A stretch of DNA of 64,000 bases from a bacterium (GTDB taxonomy: Bacteria; Myxococcota_A; UBA9160; UBA6930). The translations under genes were made by a program, and so were the position numbers. This document shows, in pieces, positions 24,001 to 39,000 of this stretch. The stretch spans positions 689 through 64,688 of the forward strand of contig JAAETT010000177.1 in the NCBI GenBank assembly GCA_024228115.1. Reading direction: 5' to 3'. How positions within the stretch are numbered: position 1 is the stretch's first letter; each line of letters begins with the position of its first letter. The notes under the pieces were generated by a model. The model saw only the letters and a program-made list of their open reading frames with translations, was not told the DNA's origin and searched no databases.

Positions 24001-27000
24001 CCTGATTGACCTGCGCACCGTCTTCGATCGTGGCCTCGGTGGTCTCGCGGCTCCAGTCGAAGGTACTGCTGGCCCAGAGACCGAAATTCCCGCTGTTGAG
24101 CGTAGTGCCGGTGATCGAGCCCCCTGCGGCGACCGCGTAGGTCTGGCCGAGAGTCGTGGCGTCGAGAATCACGCCCTTGCCGCCGAAGGCTTCGCCGTCG
24201 AAGCCCGAAACCGCGGTCGGCCCGCCCGCATCGGACCAGCCGGCCCCCTGCGCGAGACCCGAGACGCTCGCGCCGGCTTCGACCTTGGCGCGGGTCGTTC
24301 GGCTCACGACGGTCGCGGTCGCCGCCGCACCCGCTGCGCTCCTCTCCGCGGCCCCGAGGCCGCCCGCCACGGTCACCAGCAGAAGATCGTCCTCGGCGTT
24401 GATCACAACGGTATCGCTGGCGAGCACCGAGGCACCGCTGCGGACCGTCGCGTCCACGTCCACGTCGTAGACCAGGTAGCCGAGCTGACCGACCAACACG
24501 GTGGCTGCATCGCTCGCGTGGGGGCCGAGGCCGAAGGCGAAGTCGACGTTGATCCAATCCATCTCGTGGAGCGCGGCGATGATGACATCGTCGCCGCTGG
24601 TCACGACGGCCCCTTCGTCGACGTAGGCTGCAACATCGGCGGTGGCGTCGACGTAGGTGGCGGCAGCGCCGACACCGAGCTTCGATTCCCTCGCGGCGAC
24701 CGCGATGCCGCCCATCACGCCGAGCGTGAAGGCGTCGTGGTCCGCGATGACCTTGACGTCGCCCGAGGTCGTGATGACCGCGCCGTCTCCGAGGAAGGCC
24801 TCCGTCCGAACCCGGCGCACGCTGTATTCCGCTGCACCGGCTACAGCGGGCCCCTTCTTGGCGCCCGTGCCGCTTGCCCCGAAGCTCCACAGGTCCGCGG
24901 TCGAGCCGGCCCGAACGTCGAGCGCCTCGACGTCCAGCGTCGCGTCGTCGACGTAGGCGAGCACGACCTGGTCGTGGTCGTTCTTGATGAAGGTTCCGCC
25001 GATCCCCGTGTGGTTCGCCGCGACCCACGCGCCGCCGCCCGCGACCGCGAGAGTCTCGCTGTCTGCGTGAACGTCGACCTTGCCGTCGATGGTCGAGCCA
25101 TCGCCGAGGTTCGAGATGTACGCCCGCACCTCGGTGTGCAGATCGTTCCACACCGCGTCGCCCGAAATCGCCACGCCGAACTCGGTCTGCTGCTGGACAC
25201 CGCCGTTGCCGCTTCGTCGGAGCGCATTGATCGCCGACGCCGACCCGGAGAGCAGGCCCGAAGCATCGCCGGCGCCCCCGCCGGACCCTTGCGCACCCGA
25301 GACGTTCTCGGCGCTTTGCTCGAAGGCACTCTGGTTGTAGTTCTGGCTGTTGACGCCCTTTCGGTCCTGGGCGCCGATCGTGCCGGCCAGCGCGACGGCG
25401 ATGACCTGTTCACTGGCCTCGGCGTCGACCCGCAGATCGTCGCCGACGACGAGCTGGCCAGTTGCCGTTTCGGAGACGGCGACGATGTCGCCAGCCGCGA
25501 AGCCCGCCGCGGAAAGGCCCGCGTCGAGCTGCTGCTGGACATAGACGACCAGTTCGGCGCCAGTCTCGAGATCGGCCATCTCCGCCGGGTCCAGCAGGAC
25601 CTGGACGCTCGTGTCGGACAACGACAACGTCAGCGTCGCGGGCTCGAACGCACCGAGGGCTGCACCGAGACGATCCTCGAGGGCCGTCCTGACGTCGAAG
25701 GTATCGGCGAGCACGATGCCGCCGGCGGCGACGAAGCTCACGCTCCCGCTGTCCAGCGAGATCGTCACGTCCCCGGTGTTCAGACCCGCGCCTGTCAGCG
25801 CGGCGGAGATCGCGCTCTGGAGCTGCGCTTCGAGCTCCGCCTCGGAACGGTTGTTCCAGGTCTCCGAGGGCTCCAAGGACACGCTCACGTCGCCACCCTG
25901 GACCGTGAGAACGAAGCTCAGGGTGTCGCCGCCCAGGACGCCAGATTCCATGCGCGCGGCCAGCGCTGCGTTCGCCGCCTCCTCCCCGCTGACCGAGCGG
26001 GGTCGCGCGTTGATCTCGAGCTGCCCCGAGGCCCCCGAGACGACGACGTCACCCTCCTCGAGCCCTGCCTCGGTCGTCGCGCGGTCGAAGGCAGTCTGGA
26101 GGTCCGCCACGAGGTCGTCGAGACTCTCGTTGTCGGACGTATCGGCGGGGTCGACGAACGCGAGGAGCTCGACGTCCTGCCATGTGAACGGCAGTGCGAG
26201 CGGTCCCGTCGTGAAGCCGGTCCCACTCGCATCGAGGCGTTCATTGAGGACCAGATCGGCGATTCCGGTGTCCTGAAGAAGCCGCGCACTGCCCTCGGGC
26301 AAGGCGACGAACAACTCGTCGAGATCGCTGACTCCGATCTCGATCTCGCCCGCCACGAAGCCAGCGGCGACCAGTGCGGTGTCGACGACCCCCTGCACGT
26401 CGGCGGCCAGTTCTTCGAGCGTGGTGTTTCCGGCCAGCGATGACGGGAGCATCGTCACGCCGATCGCAACGCCGTCCAACGTCACCTCGAACGCGACCGC
26501 GGTTTCGAGTTCGGTGAGCACGGACGCCCCGGCTTCCGCAGCCCGGATCGCGTCAAGCGCAGCCGCCGCGGCGACCGCGTCGAGCGTACGCGTGCTTCCC
26601 GCAGGCAGACCGAAGACCACCTGGTCTCCATCGCTGCTGAACTCGATGTCTCCCGCCGCGAATCCGTTCGCGACGAGCAGGTCATCGACCACCAACTGGA
26701 GGGTGGCAGCCCGCGTAGGGGCATTCGCCGAGGCGCTCAGCGGGGTGCCGCTGAAATCGACCGCGAAGCTGACGCCATCGAGGGTGAGACTGAAGCTTGG
26801 AGCGAACGCCTGGCGCCGCTCGTCGACCAGCTCGACCGCCTCGTCACCTCCCCCGAGTGCGGGCGACGAGCTCGCGGCGGCGAACCCGACGGTGCCGAGC
26901 AGATTCGTCACGGCGATGTCGCCGGCATCGAATCCGGCGGCCTCGAGCGAGGTGTCGACCGCCGCTTGCAACGTCTCGACGAGCTCGTCGGGCGAGCCAT

Positions 27001-30000
27001 GCGCGACCGTATCCACCACCGGCACCGTGACCGAAATGGCGGTCTCGTCCACGACGAACTCGAAGGTGGGGTCGCTCGGCGCCAGGTCGAAGGGACTGAG
27101 CGTGCCGAGGGAGCGGAAGGCCGGGCCCAGATTCGGACCCGCCAAGGCCTGGTCGAGCGCCTCCTCGGCCTCCGCATCGAGATCGAGCACGTCACTACTG
27201 CCGCTCGGCAGCTGGAAGTCGACTCCGTGCTGATGCGCCTCGCCGACGAAGGCTCGGACCTCGTTGTCGAGGAGGGTGTACGACACCGCACCGCCGACGC
27301 CGAGGCGCTTCGCCTTGAGCAGCGTCCCCGCTCCCGTCGCGACGAAGACCTCGCCGCCTGCCAGCGTGTCGACATCCCCACCCGCGGTCACGAAGGCATC
27401 GTCGTCGACGTAGGCCACCGCATCGAGATCGAGGTCTTGGATGTTGACGGCGCCGCTCACGCCGGCCGACACGGCCGATTGAGCCTGCGCAACATTGATC
27501 AACCACGAGAAGGTGTCCGCTGCGACGCGGACCTCGTCGGCGGCTGTCACGACGGCGCCCTGGTCGATGAAGGCCGTCGCATCGTTGTCGTAGTAGACGA
27601 CGTTCGCACTGCCGCCGGCGCCGAAGCCGGCCGGGCGGCCCCCCAGCGCCACCAGGTCCGCGATGGAGGCTTGCCCGCCGACGTTGAGCGTTTCGAGCCT
27701 TGCGACGGCCTCGACGTTGACGTCCTGAAGGGCCGGCTCGGACAGGCCCGCTTGGAACACCGCGTCCTGATTGACCTGCGCGCCTTCGGCGATCCACGCG
27801 GTGGCGTGGTTGCCGTAGTCGAGGATCTGCACCCCGCCGCCGACCTGCAGCCCGTTCTGCTTGCCCGTGTTCGCGATCGAGTAGACCGTCGAGTTGACGA
27901 ACGTGCTCAAGAAGAAGTCCGGCAGGGCAAGGACGAAGATCGCGTCGATGATGAGATCGCTGGTGGTAAAATTCCGCTCCGCGATCTCGGTCTCGTCTTC
28001 GATGCGATCCGCGCCGGTCGCGGTCGCGCCTCCGTTGTCGACCGGCTCGAGCGGGACGCCGAAGAACAGGCGGTCGGAGAAATCGATCTGATGCGGCTGT
28101 CGCGCATCGGCGACGACGTTGAGCTGCCGCGCGACGTCTACGTCGGCGGCGCCGATGACGGCTTCGGCATCGTTGAACATGTCGGCGAAGGTGAGCGCTC
28201 CACCGATCGCGACGCGCGGGCCGGACGCCGCACCCGCGGAATCCATCAGCATGTTGTCTTCCGAGAGCGCGAGCACATCGGCGTTCCGCGCCTGAATGAC
28301 CGCCCCGTCGCCCACGATCGCCCTCGCGCGGAAGCGGGAGTCGACGGCGAGGACGCTCGCGCCGATCGCGATACCCCGGAAGATGGAGGCCACCTTCGTC
28401 AGACCTCGCTCGAAGAGAGTCTCCTTCGCTTTCTTGGTCTTGCCCTTGGCCTCGCCGCTGGCTTGGCTGCTCGTCCCACCCGTCCCCGTGGTGCCCGCCG
28501 CGCCGCCCGCGAAGCGTTCGGATTCCGAGAGCTGGCGCGCGTCGACGACGAAGTCTTCGGTGACGATGACCGTGCCGAACACCTCCGCATCGGCACTGTG
28601 ATCCAACGCGCCGATCGTGAGCCCGATCTGCGAGCTGGAGATGCTGGTCTTCAACGCGCCGATCCCACCGGTCGTTGCGAACAGGTCGTCATGGAGGTTC
28701 TGCGAGAGCACCGTGGCCTGACGAGCGTTGATCTGTGCCCCGTCGGCGACCTGGGCCAGGTTCGAGACGACCGACTCGTAGTCGACGAACGCAAGGCCGA
28801 GACTCGCTTTGGCTCTCTTGAGCGGCGGGAGCACGGCCGCGCGAACGCCGAGGACACCCGGTTGAGAGGTCAGCGACTCGGACTGCAGGAAGACCTCGCC
28901 GCCAGCTGTGACGACGGCCCCGTCTGCCAAGAGCGCCTGCACCATCGATTGGGCGTGGTGCAGGGTCACAGCCGTCGACAGGTTGAAGCGGCCCCGCACG
29001 AACAACAGGCTGAGCGCGTTGGACTCGTACAGCTGATCCGCCCGAACGCTGACGTCCTCGCCGGCTTCGATCGTCGAATTCTCGATGAAGGCCAAGACCC
29101 CGACGACCGCACTGGTATCGCCCCGCACCGGCAGATCGGCATCCGTCGCCGGGTCGCCCGTCGAGGTCAGGGGCTCGTCGGCCTGGATCGCCCGCAGCAC
29201 CTCGATCGTGTCGCGGTTGATCTGCGGGATGAACGCGAAGAGCTGCTGCATCGCGAACGCGATCGAACCGATCGCCGCCTCGATGTACTCCGTCGTATCC
29301 AGATACAGCGGATCGCTGCTTTCATCCTCGTCGATGACCTGGAGGAACGCGAGCTCGTCCTCCCTGAACGCGCGCCCGATCTCCCACGCAGAGACGGCGC
29401 CGGTGATCCCCAGTTTCGCACTGCTGGTCGCGATCGGAACCGAGAACACGTCGATGCTCGACAGCGCGACCACCTCCACGTCGCCCTTGGCGGCAACGTC
29501 GGCGTCGCGGATGAAGGCACCGGTGTCGTTGCGAACGCTGCCGAAGTCGAGGGCGCCGGACAGTGCGACCGAGCCCTTGAACTCGAGGCCTCCGGCGAAG
29601 CTCAAGGCATCGAGCTCGTTGACGGCGCTGACCGCGACGGTCTGGTCATCCCCGGCCCCGTCGGCGCCGTTGATCGTGGCGTCCTCGATGTACGCCAAGG
29701 TGTTCGCGTCGAAGACCGCGACGTTCGCCGCACCGACCACACCGAAGTTGAAGCCCCTCGCACCGCTCACGGCGAGCGCAGTGTGGCTCTCCTGCGAGAC
29801 CGCCTGCACGCCCACACCGTGGATGACCTCGAGTGCCAGGAACTCGGTCTCGGAGTTCGTGAACTCGAAGAAGACCGATTCGTTGTCCGGGCCAGGACCC
29901 GTCGCGGTGACGGCGATGCCCGAGTTGAAGCCATCGGCGACCAGGTCTTCGGCACTCGGCAGGTCGACCTGCCCCAACTCGCGGATCCCATCGCCGATCT

Positions 30001-33000
30001 CGTCGCTCAGCCAGAGAAGGAGGTTGTCCGTGTTGCCGATCACACTGAAGGGCCCTTGGATATTCTCCCAACCGGTGAAGCTGTTATCGGCGTCGGCGGC
30101 GTCGCGCTCCTCTTGGATGGCGTCGATCGCGAGCTGCGCGACGGCGAGATCGAGCGGCGCCTGAATGTCCCCGACCAGCGTTGCCGTCGAGTCGTACGAG
30201 GGCGCCTCCTCGCCCGAGAAGGGACTCGCCTCGAACGGGGCGACGAAGACGTTGTCGAGGGTGTCCGCGGCGTCGACGGCGAACGAGGCGATCTCCCCGC
30301 CATACGCGAAGGAGAGCGGAATTGCTTCGACGCGCGACGTGCTCACCGCGGCGACGGCCGTGCTCGCAGCGGCGGCCCCGCTCAACGACCAGGTCGCAGG
30401 GGCATCCGAACGGAGCGCGAACGCGATGCCGCCGCTGGCGTCCGCCGATACCACGACGTCGCCCTCCTCGAAACCCGCGGTCTCGAGCACGGCGTTCAGG
30501 GCCGCCTGAAGGTCTCCTGCCAGATCCGCGACCGTCTCGTTCTGTACGGTGTCCTGGACAGCGATCGTGAAGCTCAGACCCTGGGGCGTGGCACCCCCGA
30601 TCGAAATGCCCAGATCGTCGATGGTCACGGAGGAGTCGCGCCACTCCTCGAGGATGGGCGTCGTGAGGTCCACCGCGGCGCTGCTGATGGGCGACGCGAC
30701 CTCGAGTCGGATCACGTGGACAAGGCTTGCAAGGGTCACGGATCCCGAGGCTTCCCCCAAGTCCAGGAACTGGGCGTCCAGATCGTCCTGAAGCGCCGTG
30801 AGCAGTGCGGCATCGTCAAGGGTGCGGTCCGCAGAGATCGTCAACTCGACGTCGCCGGTTTGGCCGGACACGAACGCGGAGACGACGGCCTCGAACTCGC
30901 CGTTGGACCCCATACGGACCTCGTCGATCGACGCCGACACGACCCCGTTGCCGAACCCGCTCACGTCGAGGGCGTCACCCAGGGCCGCGACCGTGACGAC
31001 ACCGCTCGGCAGATCGTTGGCCAGCAAGGCCGCGTCCAGGGCCTCCTGGATCGCCGCCTGCTGCCCATCGGGATGCCCCAGGCTGACCGAAAGGGGGAGC
31101 TCGAGCGTCTGGTCCTGCTCCCCGTCGAAGACTTCGAGGTCGAAGGTGATGTCGAGCAATGCGGAGAGCTGCTCGTTTCCGTCGTCACCGACCAGGACCG
31201 TGCGCCGTCTCGCAATCTCACCTTCGGCCTCGGCCGCATCGACGGTCCATGGCTCGGTGCCGCCGGTGGGGTCGGCCCCCACGAACAGGATGCGCCCCTC
31301 CGGACTCAGCTCGACTTGGATCCCGCCCGTCGTCTGCTGCTCTGCCGTGAGCGCCGCGTCGACGGCTGCCTGAAGATCCAGAACGAGGTCGGCTGCACTT
31401 GCATTGTCGTCCGTCTCATCCGGGTGGATCTCGACGAGCAGGCTCTGCTCGGTGTCTGATCCAGGCAGGGTGTAGGAGAGCAGCAGAGGGACCGAATCCG
31501 ATCGCAACGAGGAAGCCCGATCGAAGATCACATCGCCGGCCCGGAGACCCTCCGCGTCCGACGCGGCGGCGTCGAGAGCGCGCTGGAAATCCTCCGCGAG
31601 GTCGCCAACGGTCGTATTCCCATCGGTGTCCTCGGCGGAGATCGTGACGTCGAGTTCCACCGTGGATCCAGCGCGAGTCACCTCCAGCGTCAGCTCGATG
31701 TCGGCATCGAGCTCGGGCCCCCGGATCGACGACAACGACTCGACGCCGTCGATCAGGACCACCTGCTCCACGGGGGCTTCGGCGGCCTCGAAGACGAACG
31801 GGTTCGCGCCGGTGCCGAGGATCGGGCGGCTGACGACCACATCGCCCGCTTCGAGCTCACGCGTCTGCAGGGTTACGCTCGTGCCGTCGAGCTCGGCGTC
31901 GAGCGCCGACTGCACCTGGGCGGCCAGCTCGTCCAGCGTCGTGTTGCCCTCCGTGTCGGCGGCGGCGACGGTCACAGACCATTCGGTGGACGTCTCCCCC
32001 ACCACCACCACGAACTCGAGGTCTAGATCCTCAGAGAGTTCCGCCGTGAGCCCCGGCGCAGAGAACCCGGTCGAACCGTCGGCCACGCCCGTGACCGAGT
32101 CGACGGGTCCTGCCGACGACGCGTCGAGCAGGAGCGTGTTGCCGTCGATCGTCGCCACGACGTCGCCGGTGGCGAGCTCGGCGCTGTCGACCACGACGAT
32201 CTCGCCCGCGACGGCGGCATCGACGGCCTGCTGGAAATCCGCGACCAGATCGGCCGTCGTCGTGTTGTCGCTGGTCGCTGAGGGCGTGACCGTGACGGGG
32301 AGGACCAAGGTCTGTCCCCGGTACGTCAGCTCCAGCGAGAACGTGACGTCCTCAGTCAGAACGACCTGGCTCGCCGCGGACTCCAGTGCATCGAGGGCCG
32401 CGTTGCCCTCGACGACGGCGATCTCCTCGATGCGCGGCCCGGGCGCGACGCCAAAGCGACGGGCGCCGAGCTGGGCCCCGACGGCTCCGTCCTCGTCGAT
32501 GTTGCTGTAGAGCGAGCCGTCCCCCGGGCTGAAGGTCAGGTCGCCCGCCGCGTCCCGGCCGACCACGATCTCGCCCGCGTTCCCGCCGCGCGCCCTGGTC
32601 GCCCGGTCGACGCCTGCTTGGACGTCCTCCCTCAGGGCCTCGAGCGACGGGTTGTCGTCGGTTGCACGGGGAGACACGACGACGAAGAGCGTCACGGCGC
32701 CATCGTTCTCGTGGTCCGCGACGAGGTTGAACACCAGGGGCATGACCAGCTGCGCCTGCGCGTTGGCGATGATGTTCTCGGCGGACGCCGTGTCGAGGGA
32801 GTTGCCGGCGATGACCGCGACGCCGTCCCCCTCGTTCGCGAGTGCATCGACGACCGAGCCGTCGTCGATGTAGGCCTGGGTGTCCTTCAGGATCCCGGTC
32901 AGGTTCAGACTCGCGTTGGCACTCGCGGTGACCCCGGACCCGAAGAGGTCCTTGCGAAGCGCACCGGCTCCCGAGAAGACGTCGGTATCACTCGCGTCCT

Positions 33001-36000
33001 GCGCGTTCACCAACACCGAGCCGTCTGCCATCACCGTCGAGGCGCCGGTGATGGCTGCCGTCGTGACGTTGTTGATCGTCATCAGCGGGATCGAGCCGTA
33101 GACGTTCAGCTCGATCAGGCTCAGGCCCCCGAGCGACACCTCGAACCCGAAGGCCCCCAGCTTCAAGGACTCGGTAGCCGTGGCGCCGACGATGACGTCC
33201 TGGCCCGCCTGGACCGTCGCATCCTCGATCAACGCGGTCGTCGTGTTCTCGACGGCCGACACGCCGAATGACGCACCTACGTCCGCCTGCACCAGGGACA
33301 GCGCGGTGAAACCGCCCACGCCGACTCCGGTGACACCCGAGTGGTAGTGGTCGCTCCCGGCCACCACGATCACATCCTGATCGGCGCTCGCTGCATCATC
33401 GGTGCGCGAGTTGACGTCGGCGCCCGAGATGAACGCGCGGGTCACGTTGCGGGCGGTGTCCAGCGTTCCCGACGCCTGCAGGTCCACCCCCACCGCGAGA
33501 TCGGCGTCGATCGCCCCCGCCAGGGCGTTCGACTCGATGTCGTCGCGATTCGAGGCCCCCACCGCGACGCCTCGCATCGCGACCGAGACCGGAGCGGCGC
33601 TACGGTCGTGGCTGAAGGCGAGGTCGAGCTCGGCGCTGGCTCCGAGCGATTCCCCGGCTGCCGGGCTCACCTCCGGGAGGGCCACCTCGCCGGTCTTAGG
33701 ATCGTCAGCGTCCCCGTCGATCTCGAAGAAGCCGGCGATCACGTCGATCGCCGGCCCGTTGCCTTCCGCATCGACGAGGGTTCCGTCGTCCGCGATGCTC
33801 GCATCGGTCCGCTTTTCGAGCAGTGTGCCGGTGGCCGAGACGCCGAACGTCTCCAGGCCGGCCGCGCTGAACAGATCACCCGCCTTCAGATCCGCGATCG
33901 TCTGGGCGTCGGCTTGCACCGCGACGTTGCCTTCCGAATAGACGTCGGATTGCTCCCCGATGCGCGCGCGCGTCGTCACCCTGATCTGGTAGGCACTCGC
34001 GGCACCGGCCACGGCGATCACACCGGTGGCACCGGATGCGGTGGCCGAGCGAATCCATTCCTCACTGTCCGCGGAAACGATGACGTCTTGTTCGGCCTCG
34101 ATCCGAGAAGCACCGCCCACGAAGGCCTGGGATGACTTGTTGAGGAATCCGAGATCCAGGGCAGCGCCGAGCCCGAGCCCGCCGCTTCCCAGCGCGCCCG
34201 CGGCGTTGTCGAGAACCGTCGCGTCCCACGCGAAGATCCGGACACTCGCCGCCGGGTCGGCCGCATCATCCCGCACGTCGATCACGGACGCATCGTCGAC
34301 GAACGCACGAGTCGCCGTCGTGATGTCGCTGAAGGTGGTGCTGCCGCCTAGGCCGACCGCCCCCGTGCCCACGACGACTGCATCGTCGCCTTCGGAACCC
34401 GCGACGTCCGGCCTGAAGTCGACCCGCGAGAGCGCCTCCACCGAGACGCCCGAACGCACGGCCGTCTCCTCACTGCGTTCCGCGGTCTCGGGGAAACCGT
34501 CCGGCGAGTCCGCCAGCCGTCCGGTGCGAATCCCGACCGCCCCGGCCCCGAGCGCCGTCACGCTCGAGCCGGTGATGTACGCGTTGCTGTCGTTCGTCTG
34601 GAAGAGCAGCGCACCCGACACACCGACGCCGATCGTGCCGCCATAGGCCAGCGCACCCGCCGCGGCCGTGATCGCGGTGTCCGCGTCGGCCCGGACCGCG
34701 ACGCTTCCCCCAGCGATCACCTCGACGCCGTCGAAGTAGGCCTGGGTCGCCTGCGTCACGAAGAAGAGCGACAGCGCACCCGCAACCGCGAGGTCCGTCG
34801 CGACTTCTTCGTCGGACCCTTCGTTGCCGAGCGTGTTTTCGGTCACGCCACCGCCCGTGGTCGAATCCAGCTGGGTCGCCGAAACCGCCTCGGCGACGAC
34901 ATGGCCGCCCACGTCGACCTCGGTCCCCTGATCGAAGAACGCGGACACGTCCTTGTCGATCAACTCGAGATCGACGCCGGCTCCGATCCCGATATCGGCC
35001 GCGTCGGCGAACCCGCCAGCTGCCGCCACGATCGTCGTATCGTGATCGGCTCGCGTCACCACGCTGGCAGTGCTCGCGGCCCCGTCACCATCGCCGACTT
35101 CCGCCCCGCGAAGGTACGACTCGACGCTGCTGCCATTCGCCAGCAGCGGAACGTCCTGGCCGATCGTGTTCACGACGACCGAGGCCGCGATCGTCAGGTC
35201 GTCGCCGGTGGCCTCGCCCGCGGCGTAGCTGAGAACTTGATCTCGCACGTCCGTATCGAGATGCAGCGCGTGCCGGGTCGCGATGTCGAGTTCGCCGCCG
35301 TCCGGGGCGGCGCCGACCAGGAAGGCGTCCAGGTCGTCCTGGACGTCGTCGAGCAGATCTTGCATCGACACGTTGCCGATGGTCTCCGCAGGCGAGAGCG
35401 GAACCAGCAGCGTCGTCGCTCGATCCGAGACGAAGTCGACCGGCACCGTGAACTCGAGCAGCGAGGAGAGCTGCGTCCCGTCGTCGCTCAGGTGCTCCTG
35501 GATCGCCTGGCCGGTCGAGACGCCGAAGGAGAACGAGACCAGATCCGAGTCCGCGTCGGAATCGACGTAGAAGAGGGTATCGAGGAACGTGAAACTCGTA
35601 TCGACGGACGCCCCGGCCTCGATGGCTTGACGGGCCTCGTCATTGATCCTGACGTTGACCTCGCCCGAGTCGTGCCCCACCGCAACCAGGCCTTCGTTGA
35701 GAGCGTCCTGGAGGTCGTCGCGCATGTCGGCGAGAGACGTGTTGTCCAGGGTATCGGCGGGGTCCACCGTGAACGGGACCTCGAGCGTCCGAACGAACCC
35801 TCCGAGGAAGTCCGACAGGTTGGTCCCGCCTTCCGAGAAGACCCCGAAGTCGAACTCCGAGAGTTCGAGGACGAACTCGACCGGCGCCCCGTCCAGCACG
35901 GCGCCGTTGCGCGCGTCGGAGATCGTGTCCCCGGCGTCCCCGCGTGCGTCGACCTGCACTGCTGCGGCCCCGGAGCCGAACACGATCTCCCCATCCGTGA

Positions 36001-39000
36001 CGCTGACGACGATATCGCCAGCGAGGATGATGCCACCCCGGTCGGCGATGGCCTCGTCCACCGCACCCTGCAAATCCGAAGCGAGGTCGGCGAGCGTCGT
36101 ATTGTCGTCGGTCGCGAGGTTGTCGACGACGACACGCAGGTCACTCTCGGCTCCCTGCTGCACGGTCGCGTCCAGCGAAAAGACCTGGCGCGGTGTAAGG
36201 AAACGGTCCTCGGTGAGATGAGCCTGGATCTCCGCTGCGAAGGCGACGAGTTCGTTTCTTTCGACCTCCAGCCTCGAGGTCGACTCGGGGGGTACGAATT
36301 GAACCGGGGCCACCAGGCTGAGTACGACAGCCGCTGCCCCGGCCTCTTCCAGGGGGAGCGAGACGTCGACGAAGTAGGGCACCACATAGGTCAGCGCGAC
36401 GTCATCGTTGAGAGCGTCGAAGAGAACCCGTTCGACCTCGTTCCGGTAGGTGAGTTCGAGATCGCTCTCGTCGTAGCCTGCGGCGGTGAGGCCCGCGAGG
36501 AGCGCGGCCTGCAGGTCGTCTTCGAGGTCCCCTGGGGACAGGTTGTCGTAGGTGTCTGCCGGGTCGAAGGTGAACGAGAGCTGCACCGCCTCGTCATCGT
36601 CGGTGGCGTCCAGGGTCAGAGTGATGGGCTCGGCATCGATCGTGTAGCCGTCCCCGACCAGGGAAGCTTCGAGCGCCGAGGCGGCCGTGCCGTCCGGATC
36701 CACGTCGCGGAAGATCGAGAACTGGGAACCAGGCTCGAAGATGACGGGGGCGTCGCCGCTGGTCCCGGCGGCCTCGATCACGGCACCATCGACATAGGTG
36801 CGGGTGTCGTGGCTGATGTTCGAGTTCGCGAGCGAGGCCCCCACCGAGGCGGTGGTGCCGGACGCCGCAGCACCGGCGATCTCGAACAAGTCCACGACGT
36901 CTTCGGCGCGCACGCGGATGCGCTCGCTGGTCGTGACCGTCGCACCTTCCGCGACGAAGGCCTCGACGGTGTGCGAAGGAGAGACCGATGAGACCGACCC
37001 CGAGATCCCGAGCGCCGGAAGTCCCGCGCCGACGACGACGTCGAGCTGACCTTCGCCGTCCAGATCTCCGACGGCGAGGCTGGTGGTGTACAACATCTCC
37101 GGCGCGAACTCGCGACCCGACGCGAAGGACCCGCTGCCGTCGCCGAAGTAGACGCGCGTCTCGTCAGACCGCTCCGCGTTGGCAGCGAGAAGGTCCAGCG
37201 CACCATCACCATCGAGATCGGCCAGAACGACATCGACCGTCGAGTCGGCGTCACTGCCGATGTCGGAGGGACGAGTCCACAGATGACGCGCCACGTCCTC
37301 TCGGACGCGGGCGTCGGCCACGACGGCCTCGGCCGCCGCCGTGTCGCCGAGAACCCGGGTGCTCCCCGCCGGCAACGCGAAACCGATGCGGCCCGCCCCG
37401 TCCACCGACACGACGATCGCGCCAGCCGGGAACGAAGGGACCTCGTCGTTCAACGCGGCATCGACGGCGGCCTGGAGGTCGGCCACCAGCGCCGCCACAT
37501 CCGCGTTGCCCACGGTCGCCTCAGCATCGACCTCGACATCGAGGATCTGGCCGTCGAGCTCCAACGTGAATTCGATTCGACCCAGGAACTCGTCGGCCCT
37601 TCGCAGCTCGGACAAGCGCTGGAACAGCGACTGCGTCTCGGCCCCGCTCGCGACGACCGTCAGAACCCCAGCATCAAGTCCGCGGGCGACGGACTCGGCA
37701 TCCAGCGCCGCTTGGAGATCCTCCTGAAGGTCGAACACCCCCTGGTTGTCGGAGCTCGCGTCCGCCGTCAGTGTCACGTCCCAGGCCTGGGCCTGGACCT
37801 CTCCCGTGACGGTGACGGTCAGCGAGACGCTGAGATCGGAACCTAGAACCCCCGAGCCGGCGGCGGCGTCGAGTGCCGCCTGGGAGGCCACGGCGACGGT
37901 CACGGCATCGATCGTGGTGGGCCGGGCGGCGAACCGCACGACGCCGCCGGATCCGACGCTCGCGACGGCGTCACCCGCCTCGAAGCCCGCCTCCACCAAC
38001 GCGTCATCGAGCGCGGCTTGCAATTGCGTTTCGAGATCGGCGGTGGAGGCGTTGTCCGACGTCTGGGTCGTGTCGACCGACACGAGAACGAACTCGCTCT
38101 CGCCGGCTCGGTCGACCTCCAGCGAGAAGACCGACCCGCTCAGGCTCGGGGAATTGTCTGGCCTCCCGTCCGCTCTGCCGGCAACAGCGTCGAGAGCCGT
38201 GGTCACGGCGCGTGAGGCGTCGACATCCAGGAAGACGTCGGAGTCCCCGACGCTGAAGGCGATGGAATCCGAAAGCAGCAGGTAGGCCGTGAGATCTCCG
38301 GCCGCGTAGCCCGCAGCGACGAGCGACGTGTCGAGCGCGGTCTGGAGGGCGGTGGTCAACCCTTCGAAGGTGACGTCCTCGAGATCGCTGCTCCCGAGCT
38401 CGATGCTGAGCTCGACGGCCTCGCCGGCTGCGGTGCGGGCCTCGAGCACGAACCCGAATGATGGCTTCAGCGCGAAACCGTCGACCTCGGCGGAGAGGAG
38501 CAGGCCCGCGCGACTTCCGTCGTCGACGAGGTCGAAGGTGCTCGGGGTCTTCTCGACCTCGATTTCATTGTCGATCGTCGACGCGAACTGGATCTGGCCC
38601 TGCGCGTCCAGACTCGCCGTCACGGCGCCGGCCGCCAGACCCGCCTCGTCCAGCTCCGCGGCCAGCGCAGCCTGAACATCCGCGAGCAGGTCCGCGCCCA
38701 ACTCGTTGTCGAGAGTCTCGTGGAGCCGGAGCCCGGAGAGGACCTGCGTCGTCTCGACGGTGCCCAACCCGGTGGCATTCCCGATGTCTTCGCCGATGCG
38801 GAAGTTGAAGCCGTCGGCGCCGACGCGATTGCGAAGGAGTTCGTTGGCGGAGCCATCGTTGCCGAGAACCAGATCCGCGTCACCGTCGGCATCGACGTCA
38901 CCCAGCGCCAACGCGCGCGTCGCGCTGGCGAGATCGACTCGCGGCAGGTCGATCGCTTCGGTGTAACGACCCGCGCCGTCGTTCAGATAGAAGCGCGTCG

